Assembly (NCBI RefSeq): GCF_009914755.1
Contig: NC_060925.1
Reading direction: 5' to 3' (one strand)
Source of the DNA: the human T2T-CHM13v2.0 reference genome, Homo sapiens
Length of the DNA: 64,000 nt
Made by a program: the position numbers and the translations under genes. Shown in pieces: positions 11,451 to 30,228 of the stretch (positions are counted from its first letter, which is position 1; each line of letters starts with the position of its first letter). The notes under the pieces were generated by a model that was given only the letters and a program-made list of their open reading frames with translations, had not been told where the DNA came from and did not search any database.

Positions 11451-14359
11451 CACCAAAAGCTTCTTATTTAAAATATAAATTAGTTATGGGTGTCTGGGTT
11501 CTCTACCAATTGAAGTATATGCATAAATAATAGGCTATCATATGATAGTGACATCTTTCACATACCTGGTCTAGGTAGTGCAAATTTAATAAGGAACAAA
11601 TAAGGAGAAAAGTGATTTCCACCACAAATTTATATGTTAAGTTGTCAAATTTTTATTATTATAATTTTTCTTGTTAGCATAACTGGATAGACAATAGAGA
11701 GGTTACTGGGTCTGCTTTTTCTCAGTCTCAAAAAATGTTGCATACCAAAATGATGACTTGATTTTCAAATATAGTTGTCATATTTAGTGGTCAAATGAGA
11801 ACAAAGGAGATGATCATTAAGAATCATAACATTTACAAAAGAAGATATGAAAACCCTTTAACGATTGTAATTCTTCTCTTGAGGAATGAAGTGCATTGTA
11901 CCTGTTTAATTTTTTCATCTAATGAGAGTTATCCATCGGAACGAATAAAATAATAATTTAATGTCTACCTCAGAAACATGCTTAAGAAAATACAAAAAAA
12001 AAAAAATAAGAATTTTTTTCTTATTTTGCATTAAGGCTGCTTATTTCACAGTTCTCTGTGGTTGAATATGATAACTTATACTCTGAGATTACATGGGAAA
12101 GCAAGACAAACATGACAAGCATGACATGATCATGAGATAGGTGCACAATTACTGCAAATGAAAAGCTTTCAGTTACACCAAAGATATTGTAAGAGAAAAA
12201 TCCCTTTTCAGCTTCATAGCTTGAAAGCATAGGAGTGATGAGTGATAAAGTCTTAGTCTTTTATTTTTTAAATCTACAGTTATAAAACCTGAATCTCTCT
12301 AAAACTAAATAAATTGTTGTTGAAAAGAAAACAAATAAAATATTGGAAAGGTATGCTTCTGGCATTACAGAGAGGAACACTAGATAAAAAATAGAAAAAT
12401 ATCAATGACTGCTTTTTGTCCATTTACAGGGTAAGAACAATTAAAACTGTTTTAAACCTGTTTCAGATTGCAAAAAGTAGGAAGAACACTAGACATTTTG
12501 AAGAAATTTCTAGATCCAGTCAAACCATGGTCTTAATTGTAATGCAAGCTTCTAACTTGTTTTGGTAAGTAGCAAAAAAGAAAGATCATTTTCTAAGACC
12601 TATAGCTATACAACGTGTGTGTTGTCTCGGAACACGAAAGCTCAATGAGAAAGAGGACTTAAAAATAAGTTGAAAATTAATATGGCAGTTTCCAAAATTA
12701 TGTTCCATCATAATTTTGGAGATTGAGATCACACATGCCTGTCTCCAATACATAAAGCTGGGTTCAGAACCAGTGAATTCACCACAAGCCACTGAACACA
12801 GACATTTCCCCCTACAAAAATTCCCAAATTTTATCAATAATCAATAATAAGTTACCTTGGGAGAAAATGTAGCGTTAATAAATCACTGATAAATGAATAT
12901 AAATAGGTAAACATACTGATATGGTCCTTCATTCTGTTTATACAATATGATGACCAATATTGCTCTGGAAATATTTGCTTAAGTTTGGTAAGTGTTCTTC
13001 CTGACTTATTTTGGGGAAAATTATTTAAATGGTTTTATTAATAATGATTACTGCTACTAAGAATCAAATTTGTCTAAAATATTATTTGTAATATTTTAAA
13101 TAATAGATATCCATGTTTATATAATGAGATAAATAGAAATACTTTATAATCACAAAGCAATGATTGTCATGAGGATATTTTTGTCATAAGTTTAGTGAAA
13201 TAAATTACCCGTAATTAATTGAGGGTAGATGTATGGAAGCAGAAAAGCAATATTGATTACCTTAAAATAAGTGTGATACCTTGTAATCATTATGATTCTC
13301 AGAGGGAGTAAGAGTCAAAAACTTGTGGAGCTCGATAAACAAAAATCTAATAAAAATGTTTTCATAGATGACTAAACCAAAAGATTATAACCTTAATAAA
13401 TTTATATTTCTTCAAAGTGCTTGAATTTTCAAATAAATATTAAAAACTAAATAATCGGCAGCATAGTAGGACAAATACAAGACAGTTACAAACAGCCAGC
13501 ATTGAAGGTTGAAAGACTGATACCCAGAAAAAAAGCTTGCTCATATAAAATGCTGAAGGGAATAAAATAAATTGTGTATTTTCTGTAATAAAAAATAGAT
13601 TAATTGCTCCAGACAGTAAAATTTTTGATTTGATTATAATTACCTTAAAATGATATTTAAATAAATAATTTGTAGATTCAAGAGAGGATTAAGCTCAGAA
13701 AAGTAAGCAAGAACTTAGCTACTTTACATTTTAGATCTGGAATATCGCTGCCTATACTAGTGATAAATTGACTGACAGAAAGTTAAAACCATATTTAGCA
13801 TACATTGAAAAATGATAAAAGTCAGCAAACTTACCAGAAAGGATTAAGAAGAAACTTAGCCTTATTTTAAATGTAGGAGAAGTCATCGGAAGTAGATATT
13901 GAAATTACATACTGAAGAGTTCATATCAATTTTTATGAAAATGTACTTGTAAGTGATAGCTGATGTGTGGAAAAGGAGCACTCATCAAGGGTTGACAGAA
14001 AGCCTGGACCACTCGATAAGGTTGTCTTGAGTTACTTGACAATATTAAAATATTTAGGTATGTAACTATTCAGAAGACAGTTGTATAATATGTCTGTATA
14101 ACTGGCAGACCAACAATAACACTTCATATGCTGATCTGACACAATCTTTGTCATTTGCACTGCCCTTATCCAAAAATATTTTTATCATTTCTGCATGTAC
14201 ATAACAATTATAAAATGATTTGTCATTTTCACATGTTGTGATATCTAATTTATACTGCTCAAGTGGATCCTATTACATTAATATGTTAAAAACCAATAAT
14301 AACTGTTTTATAAAATTCACCTGTGTGAGTTCCCTGAAGGTCAAATAACTCATTAAAAA

Positions 14360-19513
<5,154 letters not shown>

Positions 19514-19899
19514 CTCTATATCCATTAGAGAGTCATCTCACATTCTCCTCTCCTCCAGCTCTTGCAAGCTGGCATTATGGCGTTCTCATCATTCTATAGC
19601 CTATTAAGTTTTGAAAAAATAAAATAAAATATTTAAAAGATATGTAAGTATATAACATCAGAAAAAATAATGCAAGCTTTTCCTGGTTGAACAATGTATG
19701 TACCCAAAGACTTTTTTTTAACCTATGCATAATAACCACTTGAAAGCTTGAACTTAGCTATGAAAACTTACTGTCGTCTTGATTTCACACACCATATTTA
19801 GTCCATTAGAACAATAGTTTACCAAGAACTCTTCATCATGCTTTTAACAGGTCTGATTCTCATGCAGTGTATGGTAGAGTCTGTTAAATGCTTTTAAAA

Positions 19900-20235
19900 A
19901 GTTGTTTGCTGTTGTTCTGTTCATCCTCAGAAAGCACATAATTATTTGTAGTACGAGGTGGCCATGTGACTGATTTTTGCCATCAAGTGTAAGCAGGAGT
20001 GATGTGTTCCTTTCAGACATGGTTTGTGAAAACCCAGCATCTGAACTTCTCCATAGGCTTTTCCAGCTAGCAGAAATGGGATTATACATCAGAGCAAACA
20101 TAAATACCACTTAATGGAAACAGTAGATCACCTACACAGTTCCAATGCATAGGTAAGAATTAACTCATACTTATATTTGAATCATTAATTGTGGCATCTA
20201 TTACTTGCAGCAGTGAGCCTAACACAATTAATAAA
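19900..20235 (+). mobile_element. Ancient ERVL/MaLR LTR relic
   Basis: 'ggtggccatgtgactgatttttgccatcaagtgtaagcaggagtgatgtg'; 3' end 'ttacttgcagcagtgagcctaac'. Confidence 0.5.
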
Positions 20236-21459
20236 TTATGCTTAGCAATGTCACTAGGCTCTTTCCATTTTATAGACATGTTGATGGCAGAAATTCCCAT
20301 AATCTCAAGGAAATTCATTTTGTTATCAATGCATCACTAGTATTTTCTTAATATGGTTGTTATTATTATCTTTTCGTGCTTTTTATAATTATTAATACAT
20401 TTTAAAAGTTATCAGACTATTTGAATCTAATTTTTTGTTAATCTGGCCATTTACAATAAGACAAACTTACATCAACCCTATTTTAAGCTATTTTTTCCAA
20501 TAATTATATATGCCTATTTTGTTCACAAATTAAATACTGATACAATGATACATGTCAAGAAGAAGTATATGAACACGTGTGTGAATTTCCTGTAAACAAT
20601 TTGCATATATACTGCCAACTCTTACTTATCTTTCATTTCTTTGACTGATAGAAAGTAGGAATATGTATGGTAAATGGGTGCCAAAGGGCAAATTGCCCCA
20701 ATGAAGCAGCACATCCTCAAGAAAACTTGAGGGCTGTTGCCGAAGAACTCATATTTGGCTGAACTGGTATACTGTATGGCAGCCAAACGCTAACTATTCT
20801 TTTCTCATATTTACCACTGCACCTGTCCATTCTGACAACTTCCCCAAGTATTCTACATGTATGGATTTCAAATACCTGTTCACCTTTTCCAGGGTCTTCT
20901 CCTCAGTAGGAATGGTGGCCAAGCTGAAATACATGGGTCTCAGAACTCAGGCGTGTCTACCGTTACAATGCCAGCAGAAAGACAGTCTTTCTCAAAACAA
21001 CAGGCTCCTTCTCTCTGCTTTCTTTTATTCATATGTTCCTTATTTCCTTTTTGGCAATACCTGACTGACTGGAAATAAAGGCACATTTCTACATATGTCC
21101 AAGGCAAGGCATGTTTGCACTGTGATTTAGAGTACTACGATTTCTCCAAGGGCAGTTGTTAAGAACAAATCAGATGATCTTTCTCTGAATAAAAACATAA
21201 GAGAAAGACAATAAATATTTGTTTCCTGATTTAGAAAGATACTTCAGGCTATTATCAATCCGGGTGTGTTTCCATGTTGAGTGGCCCTCCAGTGATTTAT
21301 TTCACTTTTCTTTTTCATGCATCTATGAACCCATATACCTATTTTTTAAGCTTTATTTCACATCTGTTTTGCACTTAGAATTGTGAAAAAAAAATTCAGT
21401 ACAAAGATGAAAAACTTGCTTTTCACCTCCAGCAAATTTTAAATATATTTGTTGATAAT

Positions 21460-21705
21460 AGTAACAAGTACTACCAACATTTTTGGATGCTTATAATATA
21501 CCTGACCCAACACTAATTGATTTGAAAAAATGATCTTATTTAATTTTTACAATTGCTAGGGTAGATTTCTCCCCCACTGCATAAAAATTTATAGATGAGA
21601 AAATCAATGTACAAAAAAATTAAAAATGATCTCCAGGTATACAGCCAGCTACTGAGTGGTGAACCTACGATTCAATCGTAGAGAGTTTTCTGAAGCCCTT
21701 CTTCT
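21460..21705 (-). mobile_element. MIR relic
   Basis: 'tttatagatgagaaaatcaatgtac...ccaggtatacagccagctactgagtgg'. Confidence 0.7.
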
Positions 21706-22104
21706 GAAGCAAACACATGAAGAGTATAGGTATGGTGATCACATTTGTTAATAACACTAAATTTAGTGGAACATATACTGCAGTGAGTGGTCAAATCGTA
21801 ATTTTTTAAGATATCAAGAGAGTGAAAAAAATCAAAATCAAAATAAAGTTAATAGAGTAAATGAAGCATATGCACATCTTAATAACATCAAACTAAATAT
21901 GCATTATTAATGATCAAATTATGTGTTCAAATATATTAATGATCAAATTATATATTAATGATGAAATATATCAAATTATGGCATCACCTTGTAAAGACAA
22001 AATTTTAAATTTTACACTATTTTTATCACTCTATGAATAGCTTGTAGGACTGAAAGTGAATTTAAGTTGCATCTTGCAAATTATTTCCCAGTGTAGAAAT
22101 TACC

Positions 22105-22330
22105 TTAACAACATCCATACTAATTGATTACCAACATCTACTTAAACATTTCCTGGGAAAAGGAGTTCAATTTCTTGTAACAGAGCCCAATCTATATCTT
22201 GTGATCTTTTTGAGTCCTAGGCTGCTGCTTTTTAACTTTAACTCATTGATCCTGATTCTGTCTTTTGAGTAACACATAATTAATTTACTTGCTCACTCTA
22301 CTTGACAGCCCTTCAAATATTCATAGGGCT
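22105..22330 (-). mobile_element. L3/CR1 relic
   Basis: 'acatctacttaaacatttcctgggaaaaggagttcaatttc...cagagcccaatc' resembles antisense CR1 3' ORF. Confidence 0.45.
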
Positions 22331-25170
22331 CTTAATGACTCCAATAAGTTTTCTCAGTTCCATAATACTTCCAATAACTACTTAGTTGAGATGCATTGCA
22401 TCAAAATTTGCACAACGCTATATGAGCATGCACTTCCTTCCCACATTTTCACCTCACATTTATACACATAAAGAGAATCAGATCTTTAGTTAAATAAAAT
22501 TTGTTTAAATAATAAAAAAGTTAAAAATCATGAAAATTTCAGGTTAAGTTCAGATAATAAGTTAATTATACAAATGGGTGGAGTGGCAAATAAAGCAGCT
22601 TGATTTTGTCTTCTGATTTCAATCTTTTTTCAAGTTTTCTTGTTTTTGAAGGCCCCTGCCCACGCTACGTTCAAGGAACACTCTTGTCCATTTGAGTCTA
22701 TGCTGAAAAATATGTGAATAATTATTTCCTTTGGTTTCCCATCATAATGTGGAATTTTGCAAGTCTTGGCTAAATATGTGTGAATTTTTTTAAAATGGAA
22801 AAATCAACACGAGAAACTGAAAAAGATGCAATTTTTTTCCATTCTTATAATTTTCAGGTTTTGTTGTATTTTATATATTATCGCTGGAGGGAGATGGGTG
22901 TATTTCCCCTTATTTGAGGTGCATGACTCTTATCCTTGAATAAGGTGAGATTATATTCACTATATATCTTATAAAAAGAAAAATGGGCTGAAAATTGACT
23001 ATGACCCTTTTTGCATTCTACCTAAGAGCACAATTAGTTTCTAAGGTAAATTATATTTTGCTTAGAAGATGATTTGTCTGGGTGTTTAAATGGCATGTAA
23101 TTAGGTCTCTGAAACAAACTTAAACTGGGAAGTATAAAATAAAGTTCTATAGATTGCAGGGTATTGAAATAATAAGGTGAAAATGCTGTAGTGGTTCTTG
23201 CAATATGAACTGATATTTGATTTCCTGTGGGCAGGCTCAGATAGAAAATTTCTTAAGATTAGGAACATGCAAAAAAAGAAGTGGTGGTAGTCTCTATAAG
23301 AAGAAAAAAGCATGAAAGACAGGACACAAATATAATCTAGAAAGAGACTTCTTATATTGGGTGTGGTAAATGAGCTTGATGGATTTTGATGTTTGATATC
23401 TAGTTTAAAGATATTGCCTATTTTATATTGTAATTACTCCCTATTGCTTTTTCCCTTCATTTCTACAAATCTCCAGGAAAATTTAGTTAGCCATAGTTAG
23501 TACTGGGAAAGCAGGGAGAATTCTTTTAAAGACTTGGGTAAAGTGGAACAAAAAGATCTTCATCAATCTTGCCAAATTATGACAAAATAGGCTGAAGTGA
23601 AAATAGAAGCAGAAATCAACAGCATGAACTGAAGATTAAACAACTAGGACCACTAAACACTTCCTAGGCACATTTTAGGATATTTCTTCAGTCACTTACC
23701 CGATAGAGGCTAAAGTTAAACTTTTACTACTTGCCTTAAAAGATGGAGTGACTCTAGAAGAAGAGGACTTCTAATTCTTGAAGTCATAAATAATAGGATG
23801 ATGTCTTTATTTTATAAATACTATACTAAAAAATGATAATTTTTTACTTACATGTAGATGTTTAAAATAAATGTTTACATAATTGAAAAGTTTGAACCTC
23901 ATATTGTTAAAGAAAACATTGTTAAGTTTGATGAATATTTAGTATCAGGTGGTATAAATATATTTATTTTCTGAAGTTTGTATAAAATCTTAACCCCAAA
24001 TGGATGTTCAGACATTTTAAAGAATATATGACTCATTAACACTTTATATATAAATTCGAATATTTTTCAAAAAACCTCAAGATATTCTCAGATAAATAAT
24101 CTCAATAGAAGTAGATCATAACATTACCTGAAAGAAATCATCATTACAATGGAGATTTTAAAGTCTGAATGAAGCTAGCTCCTGTAAACTTGTCTAGTTT
24201 CATCTCTAACATGTACATTGCCAGTTAAAGATTTTACTGTTTAATATTGTGGTAGACAAACTCAAGGAATAGTGTAACCTATTATAAAACCTTTTCTTCC
24301 TCTCAAATGTGACATCTGATAACAGAACTTATTTGTGATCCCCAACAGTAAAAAGATTATAAGGTAGTGTGGTAAGCCTATCAGTGAATTTCTACAAGTG
24401 GGATGTCTGGCATTTCCGTCTTTTGGAATACTACCATGTGATATATATTAAGGCAAGTGCCTTAATTCCTCTGTTTCCCATAACGAAATGAAATGGTTAC
24501 AATAAGTCAGTATTACAACTCCTTGGAACAGTCACTGGTTCCATCACTACTCTCCCTCATTCTTCTAATTGAAAGTATTAAAGCTCCAGTAATATACAAA
24601 TGCCTAACAGTTCTATTTAACAATATAATTGCAGTTGGTGCCTTGAGATACTTGGAAGATTAATCTATGTTTTACTAAGATCATTTTGATGTTGTGCAAA
24701 GTTTCCATATCTACCTTCTTTGACAAATGAAATTAGAATAGTTACATAGTTTTTTGTTTGTTTGTTTATAATAAACTATATATGAGTCAAACACTGCATG
24801 GATTCTAGAAGAAAGCCATATAGATCTATGTTAACATCAAAAGAATTAAAATATCACAATGAAAAAATCCCAAAATCAAGCTACTATATTGGTATGAAAA
24901 TGCCTATTCTTCCACTCAAGAAAACGTAAATCTTATCAAACACCACACACCTCTAATGAGATTTTTAACCCAGGACAAATATCACTATGTATGTTATTTA
25001 CACAGGGAGAATGAATTCCTGAAAGTATGGGTGTAAATTAAAACTGGTGTAGACAAAATAGCATGCATCCAGCACTGCAAAACGTGCTCTTTCTACAGAA
25101 TCTATGGCTCATTTCTTAAAGTGAATACTAAGTAATATTCCACTAAATTGAATAATAATTCACATACTAT

Positions 25171-25302
25171 CTCCTTCCCTCCCTCCCTCCCTTCCCTCCT
25201 TCACTCCCTCCCTTCCCTCCTTCCCTCCCTCCCTCCTTCCTTCCTTCCTTCCCTCCTTCCTTCCTTCCCTCCTTCCTTCCTTCCTTCCTCCCTTCCTTCT
25301 TC
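25171..25302. repeat. (CCTT)n/(CCCT)n polypyrimidine tract
   Basis: About 130 bp of almost pure C/T. Confidence 0.97.
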
Positions 25303-25694
25303 TGACTTTACCTAGAAAGATACCCACCAAGAATACTAATGAATATTTGGTGAAATAACTAAATAACTTTAGAATGTAATGAATATCATCACAAAACTAT
25401 AGCTACATACAATATTATATAATACTAAACTAACCTGAGGCATCTTGGAAAGAGAGAAAGATCCAAGTGAGAAATCAGTCAACATGAACCATATGTTTGA
25501 TGTTGAAGTTATGTTTAACACTCAAGTCTGCATACCGCCATGGTAGATACCTAGATAATCAAAGGAAACCCAATTTTCTCTATGTACCCCACTCCTACTC
25601 CCAGAAAAAAAACGGATGGAAACTGAGTAGTGTTTTCCAGTTCCCTATGCTTTGTTAGCTTTTGTTGCCTTCTGTTGACTTTGGATTTGGACTC

Positions 25695-26223
25695 TGTGAT
25701 GGTTACTATTGTTACTCAACTTGATTGGATTAAAGGATCCAAAATATTGTTCCTAGTTATGTCTGTGAGGGTGTCGCCAAAGGGGATTAATATTTGAGTC
25801 ACTGGACTGGGAGAGGCAGACCCACCCTCAATTTGGGTGGGCACCATCTAATCAGCTGCCAGCATGGCTAGGATAAAAGCAGGCAGAGGAACATGGAAGG
25901 GCTAGACTGGCTGAGTCTTCTGGCCTCCATCTTTCTCCCGTGCTGAATGCTTCCTGCCCTCGAACATCAGACTCCAAATTCTTCAGCTTTTGGACTCTTA
26001 AACCTACACCAGTCATTTGCCAGGGGCTCTCAGGCCTTCAGCCACAGACTGAAAACTGAGCTGTCAGCTTCCCTACTTTTGAGGTTTTGGGACTCAGACT
26101 GCAGATGGCCTATGATGGGATTTCACCTTGTGATCACGTCAGTCAATTCTCCTTAATAAGCTCCCTTTCATATATACACCTATCCTATTAGTCCTGTTCT
26201 TCTAGAGAACCCTGACTAATACA
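25695..26223 (+). mobile_element. MLT2A (MLT2A1-like, HERV-L) solo LTR
   Basis: 'tgtgatggtta...caacttgattggatt', 'gggagaggcagacccaccctcaat', end 'ctagagaaccctgactaataca'. Degenerate TSD gactc/gacat. Confidence 0.93.
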
Positions 26224-26265
26224 GACATGGACTTGGATACTATCTAAGGCCATGCTTGGGTTTTA

Positions 26266-26288
26266 TTGTTGTTGTTGTTGTTGTTGTT
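26266..26288. repeat. (GTT)n microsatellite
   Basis: Read directly from the sequence. Confidence 0.9.
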
Positions 26289-27402
26289 CTGTGTTTTTTA
26301 AACTATGATAGTGTCTACCTCTTGTCATACTTTTATACGTGAAATGGGTCCTGTCACATATGAAAGATATTTTGCTTGGTGTTGACTTAATTTCTTCAAC
26401 TATACTTTAAAAACTTGAAGTGTAGTTATTCCATTTAGTCTACATAATACATCCCTCCCTATTGCAATGATTCAAGGATAACAAACTTGATCTGATGTCT
26501 AGGAAAAACGTTGCAAATCTAAACTTGACATTTTAGTAACTTAAGCAATTGAAGAAGCTTTCAAGAAATCAAATCTCAGAATGCAATGCGAATGACATCT
26601 TTTCTTTTGCTGTAGTATCTAAAGCTAGTAGGAAACTAAATAGAGCAGACTATCTAAGCCTAGCTCTAGAGGTAATTTGTCATTTTGTTTACACTATAAC
26701 AGAGTTAAGAATTACTTAATAAAGGACCTTATGTCTTGGATATTGAAAGAAATGTAAATTTGTTATTTTTTTCTGAATATTCTAAGTTGACTCTATTGTT
26801 GAAAAGGTAAACTTTAAGTACATGGTAATCTAAGGGCTACTTATCATTTCAACTCCTATTGTCCAGAGGAGAAAATAGTTTATTTGTACCGGCACTGCTA
26901 CTAGTTATGATATGTGCATATATTTTATTAAGAAATGTTTGTAGACCAGAATATGGAAAGAAAACAAATGATGCATATCAAAACATAAGTGATGTTAAAC
27001 GGAAATACACTGAACAAATTTTAGACACATGCCTGTTTTTGTCTATCAATTTATAATAAAATTGCTGTAATAGTATTTTTTTTTCCTAGTGGGCTGTGTC
27101 TTGCTTACCTGTACTATCTTATACTATCCAAGACCTCTGTAGAAATAATGACAGTTGATCACATTTTAATGTAAGATAATGTAATTTTAGACTTAGAAAA
27201 GGTAAGGAGTTTTAATTAAGAAAAACTATCATATAGGACCTTCATTTCACAAAGGACTAAAAACATAGTTATCAATATATTCTTGTTGTCAGTAAAAGGG
27301 AATGTTTCTTATGCATAGTTACAAGGTGTGATGGTGTAAGCAAGTATATATGAGAAAGTTTGCTTTTCCCCCACAGGCAGAGTATAGCTGATTGCAAATG
27401 CA

Positions 27403-27405
27403 AAA

Positions 27406-27444
<39 letters not shown>

Positions 27445-27445
27445 A
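27403..27445. repeat. (TAAA)n microsatellite
   Basis: About 10 perfect units. Confidence 0.95.
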
Positions 27446-30228
27446 ACAATCTTTTTTCTTCAGCTTTCAGTGCAGAAACTAGGCAGCACACACATAATAT
27501 TGAAAGAATGCTCAGCACAGGTTAATTTGCCTTACCCTCTCTAGGACAGTGGCCTTTCAAAAGCCTCACAAAAATAGTTAATCTACTTTATCACTGTTGC
27601 TCTTAAAGCTTCACAGGATACTCTGCAAAGCAGTAGCTGCACTGCAGATAGCTCTAAAGCTTCATTAAAATCAAGAATATCTTTGAAAAAGGATTGTAAT
27701 CCTAGACTAGAAAAAAACAAAGTCAGATTTTTCCCTTTGTGGCTGGTAGAAACCCTGATAACATTGAGAACTCTTACACATCTTTCTACAGTATCTGTAC
27801 AAGCTGCACTAGAATCACATCTCAGTTCACTGAGTTAATGACCTAGAAGAAAATAAGTAGGTTTCTCAGAAATTAATGCTTAAATGTAATTGAAGGTCAG
27901 GCAGATAAATTACGTTAAACCAGTAAATTAAAATCCCTGAAGAGGAGATCTTTTTCTGTCCAAACAGAAGTAATTATGGACATATTCCTTGGGCAATGAT
28001 TTCATTCAGAGTGGCTCATACAATGTTATTCATGTGGCTCCTCTAGTATTGCCCACCTGCCAACCGCCTCCCGTACTATTTAAAAAATATTAAAACAAGC
28101 CAAACCCTTTTTCTAACAATATAATTCATTTAGGCATTTATTTCTGTTATCGTATGGGTGTGTTTTGAGTTCTTCATATCTTATCTTCAAAAGTGAGTTT
28201 TTACTTAGCAGAGACACACAGTAGATCAATACTTTATAGACATTGTCCTGATTTTATTTGTGAATTGTAATTTAAGATTGCAAAAGATGTTGATTTATTC
28301 TTCTGTCAAAAGGCATATATTTTCAACTAGGCTTCTATGTCCATTTGTCCAATTTATTAGACAGGTGCCTTATGACAGCACTAGTGAAATTTGATTGATT
28401 ACACTTACTACCTATGACTGAGTATCAAAAAGAGGAAAGAAAAAATAGCTATTTCTATAGCCACACTTAAAACTGACTCATATTTTATATATTGAGCCTA
28501 TACAATGTGGGGAAATCAAAGATAAATAAAATCCTTAGATAAGAAAAGCTTTCAATTCAATGTATCATAGGAATCTCAAATGACCTCTGGGTTATGTTAT
28601 CTGCTGGCAGCAAACAGGTAGTGGTTTTACTGACTTGAAAAGTAATCAAGGAATAGAAAAATGGAGGACACTCCCCAAAAGACATTTGCCAAACTGGGTG
28701 AGGCTTAAAAGTCTTTATTTGAGCTGCTCATCTGAAAGCTCATATTTTCCATCTCATAATCAAATCTTTGAAGACTCTGCTGCAGTACAAAATCTTTTAT
28801 GACACTCCTTTTGGGTCTAGCTCAGTATATACTCTTCCTTCTTATTGATTGATTTATCTCTCCATGGGTTTATTATGGGTCCCTGGACTCAAGAGGAGAT
28901 AGTTTAATATCTCTGGAATTATGAACAATTTATCCCAATCTTTCTAATATTTCAGATTGACCAAGCAAGTCTGTGTTCCTGACACCCACATTTGAAAAAT
29001 AGAAGACTATTTACTGGAACTTCAGTGGCTATAATGAGTAACACCACACAAGTTCTTAATTTATTTCCCCACATGCATACTAGAATAGAACCTTTCTTAT
29101 GAATGAGAAAACAAAATCTCATAGGCCCTGTCAAAAAAAAAAATCTGTGTAATGTAATGTCAGCCACACTTCTCAATGCTAAGTACTTGGTCCTCAGCTC
29201 AATCCTTATTCTCTAAAAGAGGATCAAGAGTACCTGGATTCTAATGTAGAGAATACTCTATGTGAGCAGATATAAGCAATGAATTTGTCTGATACTCATT
29301 CTTTTTTTTTCCAAGAAATACTTTTTAAGGCTTAAAGATGTATCATTTAACAGGAAAGACAAAATTTTCTGCTCTTGTGCAGTTTATACTCTGTTGAGTA
29401 GAACTTATATTCATCATGTTAGGGACAAAGAGAAAAACTAGCACTAATTATCTGCTTGAGATAACTGCTATGCTCCAGTAGTTTAAGATGAAATCCGTGG
29501 TCCAGTCATCTGGAATTTAGAAGATCCATTACCATCACACTTCACAGAAAAGCAATCAGCCACTAGTTAGTAATTTTTGTTCTTCACATTGGTTAGTTGA
29601 ACAAACACCTCTGTCTTTTTCAATGCTAATCTATGGTGAACACACCTACAGTAATGTCAGCAAACAAATTAAAATGTAGTAGGACAAATAATCACTTTTA
29701 ATGTTTTTCATGTTCTGTTAGTATAAAATCTCTAACTACTTTTATTATACATGATAATATATGATGTTTAATATTTCTTCTATATTTATCATGTTTTATT
29801 TGCACAAGAGCTTTAAAATGTACTTTTCTTTCAGTGTGTGTTCCCTGGTACAAAGGCACTTCAAAACGCAATTTTATTTTTAATGTAAAAGTAATGCCAC
29901 CCATTTTGTAAGCACATATAGCATAATACTTCCAATGAACAAAACAACAAAAAACGTGATCTATGAGTAAAGACCACACATATATTTACAGAAGGAAACC
30001 ATTACTCTAGATTTCAAAGAGTTATCTTTTGACTGGCTTTACAAGATGACATTATTTGGAGATGACTATAAGATGGGAAAAAGAGGCAGAAATATCAAAG
30101 TTCCATAGTTGAAAAAAAATTACATGCACAAAGACAAATACACAGATGTAAAAACATACACAGACACAGACATATATATGTGTGTGACATTATCAGGAAG
30201 CAATACTAACACTTTCATGTTTCTGCAG

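Noticed and set aside
12105-12136. Clustered CATG motifs resembling a p53 response element
   Set aside because: The half-sites fail the YYY positions of RRRCWWGYYY; simple slippage explains them.
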